Shown piece by piece: positions 48,662 through 60,325 of a DNA stretch of 64,000 nucleotides (position 1 is its first letter; every line of letters starts with the position of its first letter). The DNA lies in NCBI GenBank assembly GCA_002269645.1, contig NIVC01000304.1:1-64000 (forward strand), in the 5' to 3' direction. The notes under the pieces are model-generated. The model did no database searches, had not been told where the DNA came from, and was given only the letters and a program-made list of their open reading frames with translations. The translations under genes were made by a program, and so were the position numbers. The DNA comes from Macrostomum lignano (lineage: Eukaryota).

Positions 48662-49185
48662 ATCTAACGGGTTTTTGTCGCAAAAGCGCCTTATAGTTCC
48701 TAAAGTTCGGTATATGCTTTTGAGCACAGTTGCCGCATTATATTGTTATTTGTTACGATCAATATTGCCGAAGAATCTTGAATGTCAAACAGGACATGTG
48801 TTTTTATAGTTTCTATCCTTATATTTTAATTTTAGTGGTTGCACTCGCATGCGTTAATGTGTGTTTTGTTTTAAACGATCTTGTCATCCACGCAGACTAC
48901 TATAGATGCTCGATCATTATATTAAGCGTTAACTTTGAGTAAATTTTAATATACTTGGCGTAAATATATTATAATGCCGTGTTGTTTACATTGATTTATA
49001 AGTGTGAAAATTAAGATGAAACATTGCCTGGCCTCTTTCACTGCTTTGATTCTTTCTCATTCGAAAATATAAACATAGCATCTGCTGACTGGCTATGGGA
49101 TTAGTGGCATCCGCTGACTGGCTATGGGATTAGTGGCATCCGCTGACTGGCATAAGCAGTGTAGCTCACTAATAGCAGTGAGCTA

Positions 49186-49887
49186 CCTTAGTGCATTCAA
49201 AAAGTTCTTAGACACCCCTCATATCTCTGCATCTACGGGAGAAAATCTAAGCAGACGGGAGCTACTGCAACGGCGTCGGATCGTGCGCAAGGGCGTCTTG
49301 CTGCACTGCGACAATGCCCGGCCGCACTCGGCAGCCCTCACTCGCTCTTACATCGACAGCCTCAGATTCCAGCAGTGGCAGCATCCGCCCTATTCGCCTG
49401 ATTTGGCACCGTCTGACTATGGCCTTTTTGGACACGTCAAGGCGCAGCTGAGAGGCAAGAGGTTCGCTAGCTTCCCCGAGCTGCAAACGGCTGTTGAGGG
49501 GCTCATCAGAGCGACTCCTAGAGACACGTGGTTAGGATGGATCGAAGAGCTGCCGATGCGGTATGACAAGTGCATTCAACGGAACGGTGATTACTTCGAA
49601 GATTTTCATGATTGGTGATCTGATTTTTGAAGTTTGGGAACTTGCCAACTTGAACCGTTTGCCCTTTAGCTTGTACGTTTTGTTATGTGCTTAAAATCGT
49701 ATTGCTAATTTCGTAGGTTCGTCAGTAAATGATCGATTGCTTTCGTTCTGTCTATATACGACCAAGCTGAAACTCTAGCACTGAATTCATCAAATATAGA
49801 CCCATGTTTGTATAACTTCTCATCAAAATCGGTCGAACAGATGCAGAGATATGAGGGGTGTCTAAGAAATTTTTGAATGCACTAAGG
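49186..49887 (+). mobile_element. Internally deleted mariner retaining the 3' third of the transposase
   Basis: TA-flanked 49-bp TIRs (49186-49234 and 49839-49887, one mismatch); LLHCDNARPH...HPPYSPDLAPSDYGLF with 34 residues between the two Asp, ..KCIQRNGDYFE. Confidence 0.92.
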
Positions 49888-50665
49888 TATTTCGCATATT
49901 TAATAAGCCAGACAAATTTGATTGTAATAATTTGATCTACAAGCATGACTGCTGTTGGTTGGCATCTTCAGTAGACAGGTTCAGTATGAGTGCAGTAAAA
50001 TCGCATTGCAATTGTTTGTATTTGACATGCCATCTGGCAGTTAAGACAAATTTTTGAACAAATTTAGCATGTTTTCAATTTAATTTTCTAAGCCAGTGTT
50101 TTCCTGCTTGCGCGCTTAAGCAAGATATATTACCGGTATTTTTATTATTCGGTGTCCTTGAAACAAATCTACTTTCAAAAAGCTCGTCACGTGAGCAGTC
50201 CACAGCGGAGCTACTGGACTTGTGAAAACATGCTGGCAGTTGATAAATGTGTAATAATAATCCGTAGCAACCATCTCCAATACAAACAGATCGCTCTATA
50301 TGAGAGCGCAGTACATTTCAGTTACCTTCGTCCAGAAGTAGTGAAAAAGTCCGTGCTGCCTGTAAATACTTGTGCATACCACTGAGCTCAACGGAGTTTT
50401 ATCTAAGTCTGGAAAGAGACCAAGGCACACGGATCCAATCTTATCAATTTTTACTGTGCGAGAGGCCGCCCGCCAGTCGCAGTAATAAAAATCCAAGCTA
50501 AAAATGCTCAAAGGCCAAGAATTCGGCAAATCTTCGCCCTTTTCGGTTTGGGCGTTGCCGCCAGCTCTCCAAGCGATCGAGACTCTCAGAGCCCGCAGCT
50601 GAAGTCACTGCCGCCAGCTCCAAGCGATCGAGAATCTCAGAGCCCGCAGCTGAAGTCGCTATTCG

Positions 50666-53600
50666 ATGTACCGAGCCGCCATTGCTACGCTCGCCGTCGT
50701 CGCCCTGACGTTGACGGCGGCCCGAGGGCAGCCGCAGCCGGTCGGAGAGGCCAATGTGACCATCGGAAGCTGCTCGATCGTCGGCTCCGAGTTCAATCTG
50801 ACGATGCCCGACGGTCTCGGCAGCCGCCTGCTCCGCTTCCTGCGGGTGCCGTACGCCGAGCCGCCAATCGGCGACAGGCGGCTCGCCAAGCCGCAGCCGT
50901 TCAACTTCAGCCGCTCCGACTGCCGGCTGACCGGCGAGGAGGCCGCTGACCCCGAGGAGAACTTGCTCCGCCTCAGCATTCGAACTCCCGACCTTGCCCC
51001 CGCTGATCCGCTGCCCGTCCTGGCGCTGCTGCTCGACGGCTCCTCCGACTTCAATGACAGCCTCGGTCACGAAGTCGGCGACGCTATCGGCACAAATGTC
51101 GTCATGGCAACCATCGGCAGTCGATTCGGCGTCCTTGGCAACGTGCCGGCAGGGCAGAACAACGGCCTTGAGGATCAGCGCCTGGCGCTGGAGTTCCTGC
51201 GCGACCAGCTGCACCGATTCGGCGGCGACCCGGCGCGAGTGACGCTGGCCGGCCACGGCGCCGCCGCTGCCGCTGTCGGCCTGCACGCGGTTGGAAGCGG
51301 CGGATTCTCGCGCGTCGTCATGATGAGCGGCTCCATCGCCGCGCCGCTGGGCTGGTCGGCCTCCGCCGAAGTGGCCGCCGCCCTGGACCGCCAGCTGGCC
51401 GCCAGCCTGAGCTGCGGCATCGGAGATGAAGGCCGCCTGCCGCTCGACTGCCTGCGGAGCAAGCCGCTGAAGGACCTGCTGGATGCTGAGTCGCTTCTCC
51501 GGCGGGACTACGGCGACGGCGCTGGTCGGTTCGCGCCGTCCTTCAACGTCTCCTTGCTGCCGGACGCGCTCTGGCGCTCTGGCGCCTTCAACGGCTCCCT
51601 GATGGTCGGCGTCGGAACTGGCGTCGGCCCGGCGCTGGCGGAGCTGGCGCTTCGCGTGCAGGGCGCCGACTGGGGCGCGCTCGACCAGACGGCATTTGAG
51701 ACCGTGAGTGGCGCGCTGCTCTGAGCTGGGGCTGAGCTGAGCTCCCTGATCCCTTCATGCAGTGCCGTTCCAGCCATGCAGCTGCCTGACCCACCTGGCC
51801 ACTGCAGCTGCCACTCACCTGACCAACCTGGCCACTGCAGCTGCCACTCACCTGACCAACCTGGCCACTGCAGCTGTCACTCACCTGACCCACCTGGCCC
51901 CTTTGCAGCTGCCACTCACCTGATCCACCTGGCCACTGCAGCTGCCACTCGCCTGACCCACCTGGCCACTGCAGCTGCCACTCACCTGACCCACCTGGCC
52001 ACTGCAGCTGTCGCTCACCTGACCCACCTGGCCACTTTGCAGCTGTCACTCACCTGACCCACCTGGCCACTTTGCAGCTGTCACTCACCTGACCCACCTG
52101 GCCACTTTGCAGCTGTCACTCACCTGACCCACCTGGCCACTTTGCAGCTGTCACCCACCTGACCTACCTGGCCACTTTGCAGATCCTGGACCGCGAGTTC
52201 GGCCAGTTTCCCCGCCTCCACTCGGCCGGCCGAAACGCCTCGGTCAGCGGGCGCCGCTACCTCCGACTGACTCTGTCCGACTGGCCGCACTTCGCCTACG
52301 GCGGCCGCGTCCGCCACATTTTGGCCCGCGCGCTGTCCGACTTTGGCGCCGTCTGTCCGGTTTGGGAGGCCGCCAACGACCTGATTGGCTCAGGCCGGGT
52401 GTTCGTCTACCTGCACGATGAGGACGGCGATCCCGCAGCTGCACTGTCGGTGGCGAATGATGCGAAGGTGCTGCTGGGAGAGCCGCTGGTGCGAGCGAAC
52501 TACTCAGCTGAGCACAGGAGCCTGTCCAGAATCATGATGCAGCACCTGGTCGATTTTACTGCTAGTGGAGGTGAGTTCTTAAGGCAGCTGTGTAATTGAA
52601 ATGCCTGGTCAGAGTTTCTGCTTCAAATGCCTGCTCAGAGTTGCTGCTTCAAATTCCTGCTCAGTGCTCAGAGTTGCTGCTTCAAATGCCTGCTCAGAGT
52701 TGCTGCTTCAAATGCCTGCTCAGAGTTGCTGCTTCAAATGCCTGCTCAGAGTTGCTGCTTCAAATGCCTGCTCAGAGTTGCTGCTACAAGAGCCGCTTTC
52801 ATTTCTTCTTTAAGCTCCCAGTCCCGGCTGGCCCTCCAGCAGCGCCGGCGCCTTTGATTTCCTGCGCTTCGGCGCCAAAACCGGCGTCAATTCGACAAGC
52901 GGCGGCTTCGCCTTCGAGCCCGGCCGCTGTCCACTCTGGTCGGCCGAGATGTCGCTGGCCAGCAACCTGTCCGCCTCGCCGCCTCCTCCGCAGCCGCCGC
53001 TGCCGCCTCCGCCACCGCGAATCTCGCCAGGAGGTGCGCAGCCGTTCTCGAACACGGTGCTGCGGAACTACACCGTGAATATTCTTGGGCTGGGTCTGAC
53101 GTTCGGCCAGACGATCCGCACCCCCGCTGGCAAAGTGATGACGCAGTTTCTCGGCCTGCCCTACGCCAAGCCTCCCATCGAAGGGAAGCGCTTTGCTGTT
53201 CCGGAGCCGGCGGATCCGTTCGGTGAGCTGCCGCTACCAGCCTCGAGTCCTGCATTGAGTCCCGCATTGAGTCCCACATTGAGTCCCGTATTGAGTCCCG
53301 CATTGAGTCCCGTATTGAGTCCCGCATTGAGTCCCACATTGAGTCCCACATTGAGTCCCACATTGAGTCCTGCCCTAGCAACTAAGCGTTGATCCACGAC
53401 CGACTTCCTTTTACCCTGCAGGCGAGGACTTCCTAGCGATAAGCCCGAAGCCCGCATGTCCGCAGCCGGGGCCACTCGCGACCTCCGAGGACTGCCTCTA
53501 CCTGAACTTGTGGACACCGCGCACTCGGACCGGGAAGTCAAAAACCTCCCCGTCTTGGTGTTCCTTCACGGCGGCTTCTTTCAGACTGGCGACGCCTTCG

Positions 53601-56600
53601 ATGAGCGCTGGCGGGGCAGCCACGTGCTGGACCAGGTGGATGCGGTGGTGGTGACGGTCGCCTACAGACTGGGTGAGTGGGTGAGGAGAGGGTGAGGAGA
53701 AGGTGAGGAGAGGGTGAGGAGAGGGTGAGGAGAGGGTGAGGAGAGGGTGAGGAGAGGTTGAGGAGTGGGTCAGGAGAGGGTGAAGAGAGGGTGAGGAGAG
53801 GATGAGGAGTGGATGAGGAGAGGGTGAGGAGAGGGTGAGGAGAGTGTGAAGAGAGACTGAGGAGATGGTAAGTGAGGAGAGGGTTCTCAGGCCTTTGGTG
53901 AGCTGCGGCAGCAATGGCAGGTGATGGGATCTGAGGTGCTCAGGCCTTTGGTGAGCTGCGGCAGCAATGGCAGGTGATGGGATCTGAGGTGCTCAGGCCT
54001 TTGGTGAGCTGCAGCAGCAATGGCAGGTGATGGGATCTGAGGTGCTCAGGCCTTTGGTGAGCTGCAGCAGCAATGGCAGGTGATGGGATCTGAGGTGCTC
54101 AGGCCTTTGGTGAGCTGCAGCAGCAATGGCAGGTGATGGGATCTGAGGTGCTCAGGCCTTTGGTGAGCTGCAGCAGCAATGGCAGGTGATGGGATCTGAG
54201 TTGCTCCGGGCTGCAGTAGCAAAGGGGATCTTCCAGCTTCAGTCGCAATGCTTGCTGATTCCCAGGTGCTCTGGGCTTCCTGTGGCTGCAAAACGCCTCG
54301 GTGCCCGCAAACCTTGGCCTCCGAGACCAGGCGCTGGCCCTCCAGTGGGTGCGCTACAACGTGCGCTTTTTTGGCGGCAGCCCCAGCAAAATCAGCCTGG
54401 TGGGCGTGGAGGCCGGCGCTGCCTCCGTCGGCTTCCACCTGCTGGTGGAGCCGCGGCAGTTCCAGCGCGCCGTCCTTCTGTCGGGCTCGCCGAACTCCCC
54501 CTTCGCGGTGTCGCCAATGCCAGACGAAGTGCGGGCAATGCACGAAAATTTTACAGGTGAGACACCTGCAGATGCCCGTTTGCTTGCAGTTTAGGAGTAC
54601 TTTGAGTACTGTGCTTGTGCTCAGCACAGTCCGCGCAAGTATTATCTGCCAGACTGCACAGGTGTCAGCTCATCCTCCCCTCCGACTCCTCAGCCAGCTA
54701 CCTGAACTGCAGCCAGTCGACCCCCGCTGAGCTGCTGGACTGCCTGCGCAACCTCACCTCCTCGGAAATCGTCAGCGCGGCCGCAGACTTCCAGCGCGAC
54801 GTCGCCGGCCTCCAGGCGCCCTTCGTCGCCTTCGGACCCGCCCTGGACGCCGACTTCCTGAAGTCCGACCCGTGGTCGGTGGACGCCTTGCCGCCGGTTC
54901 CGCTGCTGCTGGGCGGCGTGGACTCCCCCGGCAACACGCTGGTGCGGCTGCTGCTGCCCGATGGCCTGAACGTGACGCGGGACCGCGTGCTGGAGGTGAG
55001 GTGCACAGCACCTGGGCCAGTCACTGCTGAGTCCCGCACTCCTCTCACCTCCTACAGCACCTGGGCCAGTCACTGCTGAGTCCCGCATTCCTCTCACCAC
55101 CCACAGCACCTGGCCCAGTCACTGCTGAGTCCCGCACTCCTCTCACCTCCCACAGCACCTGGGCCAGTCACTGCTGAGTCCCGCACTCCTCTCACCTCCC
55201 ACAGCACCTGGGCCAGTCACTGCTGAGTCCCGCACTCCTCTCACCTCCCACAGCACCTGGCCCAGTCACTGCTGAGTCCCGCACTCCTCTCACCTCCCAC
55301 AGCACCTGGGCCAGTCACTGCTGAGTCCCGCACTCCTCTCACCACCCACAGCACCTGGCCCAGTCACTGCTGAGTCCTGCACTCCTCTCACCTCCCACAG
55401 CACCTGGGCCAGTCACTCCTCTCACCTCCCACAGCACCTGGGCCAGTCACTCCTCTCACCTCCCACAGCACCTGGGCCAGTCACTCCTCTCACCTCCCAA
55501 AGCACCTGGGCCACTCGCTCCTCTCACCACCCACAGCACCTGGGCCACTCGCTCCTCTCACCTCCCACAGCACCTGGGCCAGTCACTCCTCTCGCCACCC
55601 ACAGCACCTGGGCCACTCGCTCCTCTCACCTCCCACAGCACCTGGGCCACTCGCTCCTCTCACCACCCACAGCACCTGGGCCACTCGCTCCTCTCACCTC
55701 CCACAGCACCTGGCCCAGTCACTCCTCTCACCACCCACAGCACCTGGGCCAGTCACTCCTCTCACCTCCCAAAGCACCTGGGCCACTCGCTCCTCTCACC
55801 ACCCACAGCACCTGGGCCACTCGCTCCTCTCACCTCCCACAGCACCTGGGCCAGTCACTCCTCTCACCACCCACAGCACCTGGGCCACTCGCTCCTCTCA
55901 CCTCCCACAGCACCTGGGCCACTCGCTCCTCTCACCACCCACAGCACCTGGGCCACTCGCTCCTCTCACCACCCACAGCACCTGGGCCACTCGCTCCTCT
56001 CACCTCCCACAGCACCTGGGCCAGTCACTCCTCTCACCTCCCACAGCACCTGGGCCAGTCACTCCTCTCACCACCCACAGCACCTGGGCCAGTCACTCCT
56101 CTCACCTCCCACAGCACCTGGCCCAGTCACTCCTCTCACCTCCCACAGCACCTGGGCCAGTCACTCCTCTCACCACCCACAGCACCTGGGCCACTCGCTC
56201 CTCTCACCTCCCACAGCACCTGGCCCAGTCACTGCTGAGTCCCGCACTCCTCTCACCTCCCACAGCACCTGGGCCAGTCACTGCTGAGTCCCGCACTCCT
56301 CTCACCACCCACAGCACCTGGCCCAGTCACTGCTGAGTCCTGCACTCCTCTCACCTCCCACAGCACCTGGGCCAGTCACTCCTCTCACCTCCCACAGCAC
56401 CTGGGCCACTCGCTCCTCTCACCACCCACAGCACCTGGGCCACTCGCTCCTCTCACCTCCCACAGCACCTGGGCCAGTCACTCCTCTCACCACCCACAGC
56501 ACCTGGGCCACTCGCTCCTCTCACCTCCCACAGCACCTGGGCCACTCGCTTCTCTCACCTCCCACAGCACCTGGGCCAGTCACTCCTCTCGCCACCCACA

Positions 56601-59399
56601 GCACCTGGGCCACTCGCTCCTCTCACCACCCACAGCACCTGGGCCACTCGCTCCTCTCACCTCCCACAGCACCTGGCCCAGTCACTCCTCTCACCACCCA
56701 CAGCACCTGGGCCAGTCACTCCTCTCACCACCCACAGCACCTGGGCCACTCGCTCCTCTCACCTCCCACAGCACCTGGGCCAGTCACTCCTCTCACCTTC
56801 CACAGCACCTGGGCCAGTCACTCCTCTCACCTCCCACTGCACCTGGGCCAGTCACTCCTCTCACCACCCACAGCACCTGGGCCAGTCACTCCTCTCACCT
56901 CCCACAGCACCTGGGCCAGTCACTGCGCCACTTCCCCCGCTTCGGCGAGTCGCTGTCCTCGGTCGGACTGGAGGCCGCGAGTCGCCGCTTCGCCGAATTC
57001 CCCAGCTCGACCGCTGACGCCGGCGTCGGGGACGTCAAGGAGGCCCAGCTGCTATCGCGGGCGCTGGGCGATCGGCACTTTACCTGCCCTAGCTGGAGCT
57101 TCATGGCCAAAGCGGCTGCTTTGAGCACTGCTCAGGTTTTCGGCTTCCTGCTCGCCGAGCCGGCCGAGGAAATCGGGGATCGGCTGGTCGGCGCCAGCCT
57201 CTGTGAGCAGGCGGGGCTGAGGGGAGCGGGGAAGCCAGGCAGGTGGGATGAGCTCGCTCAGGTTAGCACTGAGGCACTGGTTATCCAGTGCAAATCGCCT
57301 CTCACTGACGTGCTCCAAAGCCCCTCCAACCGCTTAGCTCCCACTCACTGAAGTGCTCCAAAGCTCCTCCAACCGCTTAACTCCCACTCACTGACGTGCT
57401 CCAAATCCCTCCAACCGCTTAGCTCCCACTCACTGAAGTGCTCCAAAGCCCTCCAACCGCTTAACTCCCTCTCACTGAAGTGCTCCAAAGCCCTGCCAAC
57501 CACTTAACTCCCTCTCACTGAAGTGCTCCAAAGCCCCGCCAACCGCTTAACTCCCACTCACTGAAGTGCTCCAAAGCCCCGCCAACCGCTTAACTCCCAC
57601 TCACTGAAGTGCTCCAAAGCCCCGCCAACCGCTTAACTCCCTCTCACTGAAGTGCTCCAAAGCCCTGCCAACCACTTAACTCCCTCTCACTGAAGTGCTC
57701 CAAAGCCCCGCCAACCGCTTAACTCCCACTCACTGAAGTGCTCCAAAGCCCCGCCAACCGCTTAACTCCCTCTCACTGAAGTGCTCCAAATCCCTCCAAC
57801 CGCTTAGCTCCCACTCACTGAAGTGCTCCAAAGCCCTTCAACCGCTTAACTCCCTCTCACTGAAGTGCTCCAAAGCCCTGCCAACCACTTAACTCCCTCT
57901 CACTGAAGTGCTCCAAAGCCCCGCCAACCGCTTAACTCCCACTCACTGAAGTGCTCCAAAGCCCTGCCAACCGCTTAACTCCCACTCACTGAAGTGCTCC
58001 AAAGCCCTCCAACCGCTTAACTCCCTCTCACTGAAGTGCTCCAAAGCCCTGCCAACCACTTAACTCCCTCTCACTGAAGTGCTCCAAAGCCCCGCCAACC
58101 GCTTAACTCCCACTCACTGAAGTGCTCCAAAGCCCCGCCAACCGCTTAACTCCCTCTCACTGAAGTGCTCCAAACCCCCCTCCCAACTGCTTAACTCCCT
58201 CTCACTGAAGTGCTCCAAAGCCCCGCCAACCGCTTAACTCCCACTCACTGAAGTGCTCCAAAGCCCCGCCAACCGCTTAACTCCCTCTCACTGAAGTGCT
58301 CCAAATCCCGCCAACCTCTTAGCTCCCACTCACTGAAGTGCTCCAAAGCCCCGCCAACCGCTTAACTCCCACTCCAGCGGATGACGCCGTCTACGCCTTG
58401 GGCAGCCCTGCGAGACCCTCCAAGCCGCTTGGCGAGGCGCGCGCCCAACTGTCGGGCTTCCTCGTCCGCAGCCTCGTCGAGTTCGCCAACAGCGGCAACG
58501 TGAGCTGGGAGGCCTACGGGGCCGACAGCCGGCGGGTGCTGCTGCTGCGCGACTCTGGAAGCGGCGGCTGGAACGTCAGCTGGCCGCCTCGCTACGTTGA
58601 GCACGCGCTCCGCGGACTGGACTGCGCCTTCTGGGACCAGACGCTGCCGTGCGTCGCCTCGCCTGACTGCATCAACGACCTCCCTACGCCCTCGCCGACG
58701 ACACCGACAGAGGCACCGACGGAGACACCAACGGCACCACAGACGGAGACACCAACTATGGCACCGACGCAGATGACGGAGACACCCAGTATGGCACCGA
58801 CGAAGATGACGGAGACGCCCACGAAGGCACCGACGGAGACGCCCACGAAGGCACCGACGGAGACGCCTGAGACATCGACTACTTGGACAGAGGCATCGAC
58901 CCAGACACCGAAGCCAACTTCCACTTGGACAGCGACGGAATTCACAAGAGAAACACAGGTGACTGATGAATCTACAATCGCTACCGATTCCATCACTGAT
59001 CCATCCAGGCCTACCAGTCCACGGGCAACCAGTGGCATAACTGGGACAACCGATCCAAGACCAACAGACCCGAGATGGTCCGCTAGTACAGAAGCACCCA
59101 CAGAAACCACGGGGCTCGCCACTGACCAAACAGCAACTAAGAATCCCACCGCTGCCACCATGTCAACAACCGCACTCACCTCTCCGATCCTCCCATCCAA
59201 GACTACGCCGGTGGCGACGCCCGAACCGGATACAGGCCTTGAAACTTGGGTCATTGCGCTGCTGGTTGTGGGCTCCATCCTCGGCGCTGTACTGCTCGTC
59301 GGAGCTGGCTTCTTGCTCTACAAGTTCAGCTTGAGGACAAACTCGGTGCACAGCGTAGAGATGCAGGGCACTGGACAGTGGCGACAGCGCCATGAATAG
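50666..59399 (+). CDS. Type-I membrane protein, about 1,331 aa: signal peptide, cholinesterase-like domain 1, Pro linker, cholinesterase-like domain 2, Thr/Pro stalk, TM helix, short tail. Exons 50666-51703, 52183-52570, 52815-53222, 53422-53672 (1-nt frameshift near 53540), 54266-54556, 54694-54995, 56908(or 56920)-57202, 58378-59399
   Basis: Two sets of type-B carboxylesterase motifs. Domain 1: FLRVPYAEPPIGDRRL, GLEDQRLALEFLRDQLHRFGGDPARVTL, CPLW. Domain 2: FLGLPYAKPP, SEDCLYLNLWTP, LPVLVFLHGG, YRLGALGFL, NLGLRDQALALQWV..FGGSP, LGDRHFTCP, CAFW. TM segment WVIALLVVGSILGAVLLVGAGFLLY; phases join to 3996 nt after a +1 correction. Confidence 0.88.
51775..52182. repeat. 33-35-bp minisatellite, about 12 copies, intron 1 of the esterase-like gene
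   Basis: Unit ctgacccacctggccact(tt)gcagctg(c/t)cactcac; the last unit supplies the acceptor. Confidence 0.95.
52605..52790. repeat. 26-bp tandem repeat, about 7 copies, intron 2
   Basis: Unit cctgctcagagttgctgcttcaaatg. Confidence 0.93.
53245..53372. repeat. 12-bp tandem repeat, about 10 copies, intron 3
   Basis: Unit ttgagtccc(g/a)(c/t)a. Confidence 0.93.
53673..54200. repeat. Two arrays in intron 4: 13-bp (gagggtgaggaga)n, then a 53-bp unit in about 6 copies
   Basis: 53-bp unit ctcaggcctttggtgagctgcagcagcaatggcaggtgatgggatctgaggtg. Confidence 0.93.
55004..56925. repeat. 34-bp (and about 49-bp variant) minisatellite, about 50 copies, intron 6
   Basis: Unit cctctcacctcccacagcacctgggccagtcact, overlapping the start of exon 7. 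Confidence 0.97.
57300..58372. repeat. About 43-bp minisatellite, about 25 copies, intron 7
   Basis: Unit tcactgaagtgctccaaagccccgccaaccgcttaactcccac. Confidence 0.97.
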
Positions 59400-59784
59400 A
59401 CTTGGCCAGTACCGCATTACAATTTGTTATCGAACTGCTTTAGTTTAACTTTTACTGCTGCAGTTCTTGTGGAAAACGACGCTTTTGTATCTATAAGACT
59501 GACCTTCCATGCAATTGAATCTTAGTTGAGCTGACACGGATTTTATATTTTAATCGAATCGTTTCAACTTGATTTTTTCACGCGCAGTCTTGATTTTATA
59601 AAGCTTTATAATTTTACAAGGATGAACAAAACAATTGAATTTAAAATATAAAAACTACTATCTGACGTTCCTTTTTGCTAGCAATTCTTTCATACAAACG
59701 GAAAAGAACGTTTTTTATCCTTCTTATAATCTATCAAGATTGACCATCCAAAGACTGCAATATATTTTTGTATGCTCCCCACCA

Positions 59785-60325
59785 GAAACAAGTGCAGTCT
59801 ATGGCATATCACACCGGAAACAAGTGCAGTCTATGGCATATCACACCGGAAACAAGTGCAGTCTATGGCATATCACACCGGAAACCAAGTGCAGTCTATG
59901 GCATATCACACCGGAAACCAAGTGCAGTCTATGGCATATCACACCGGAAACCAAGTGCAGTCTATGGCATATCACACCGGAAACAAGTGCAGTCTATGGC
60001 ATATCACACCGGAAACAAGTGCAGTCTATGGCATATCACACCGGAAACCAAGTGCAGTCTATGGCATATCACACCGGAAACCAAGTGCAGTCTATGGCAT
60101 ATCACACCGGAAACCAAGTGCAGTCTATGGCATATCACACCGGAAACAAGTGCAGTCTATGGCATATCACACCGGAAACAAGTGCAGTCTATGGCATATC
60201 ACACCGGAAACAAGTGCAGTCTATGGCATATCACACCGGAAACAAGTGCAGTCTATGGCATATCACACCGGAAACCAAGTGCAGTCTATGGCATATCACA
60301 CCGGAAACAAGTGCAGTCTATGGCC
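59785..60325. repeat. 32/33-bp minisatellite, about 16 copies
   Basis: Unit ggaaac(c)aagtgcagtctatggcatatcacacc. Confidence 0.97.

Noticed and set aside
50498-51286. 262-aa antisense ORF and other overlapping ORFs across GC-rich genes (for example 46516-47205, 58362-59278, 31440-31910)
   Set aside because: Shadow ORFs expected opposite or out of frame to high-GC3 coding exons
54655-54693. Upstream acceptor ctgcacAG at 54661 for exon 6
   Set aside because: In the required phase it hits TGA within 15 codons; the AG at 54693 keeps the frame
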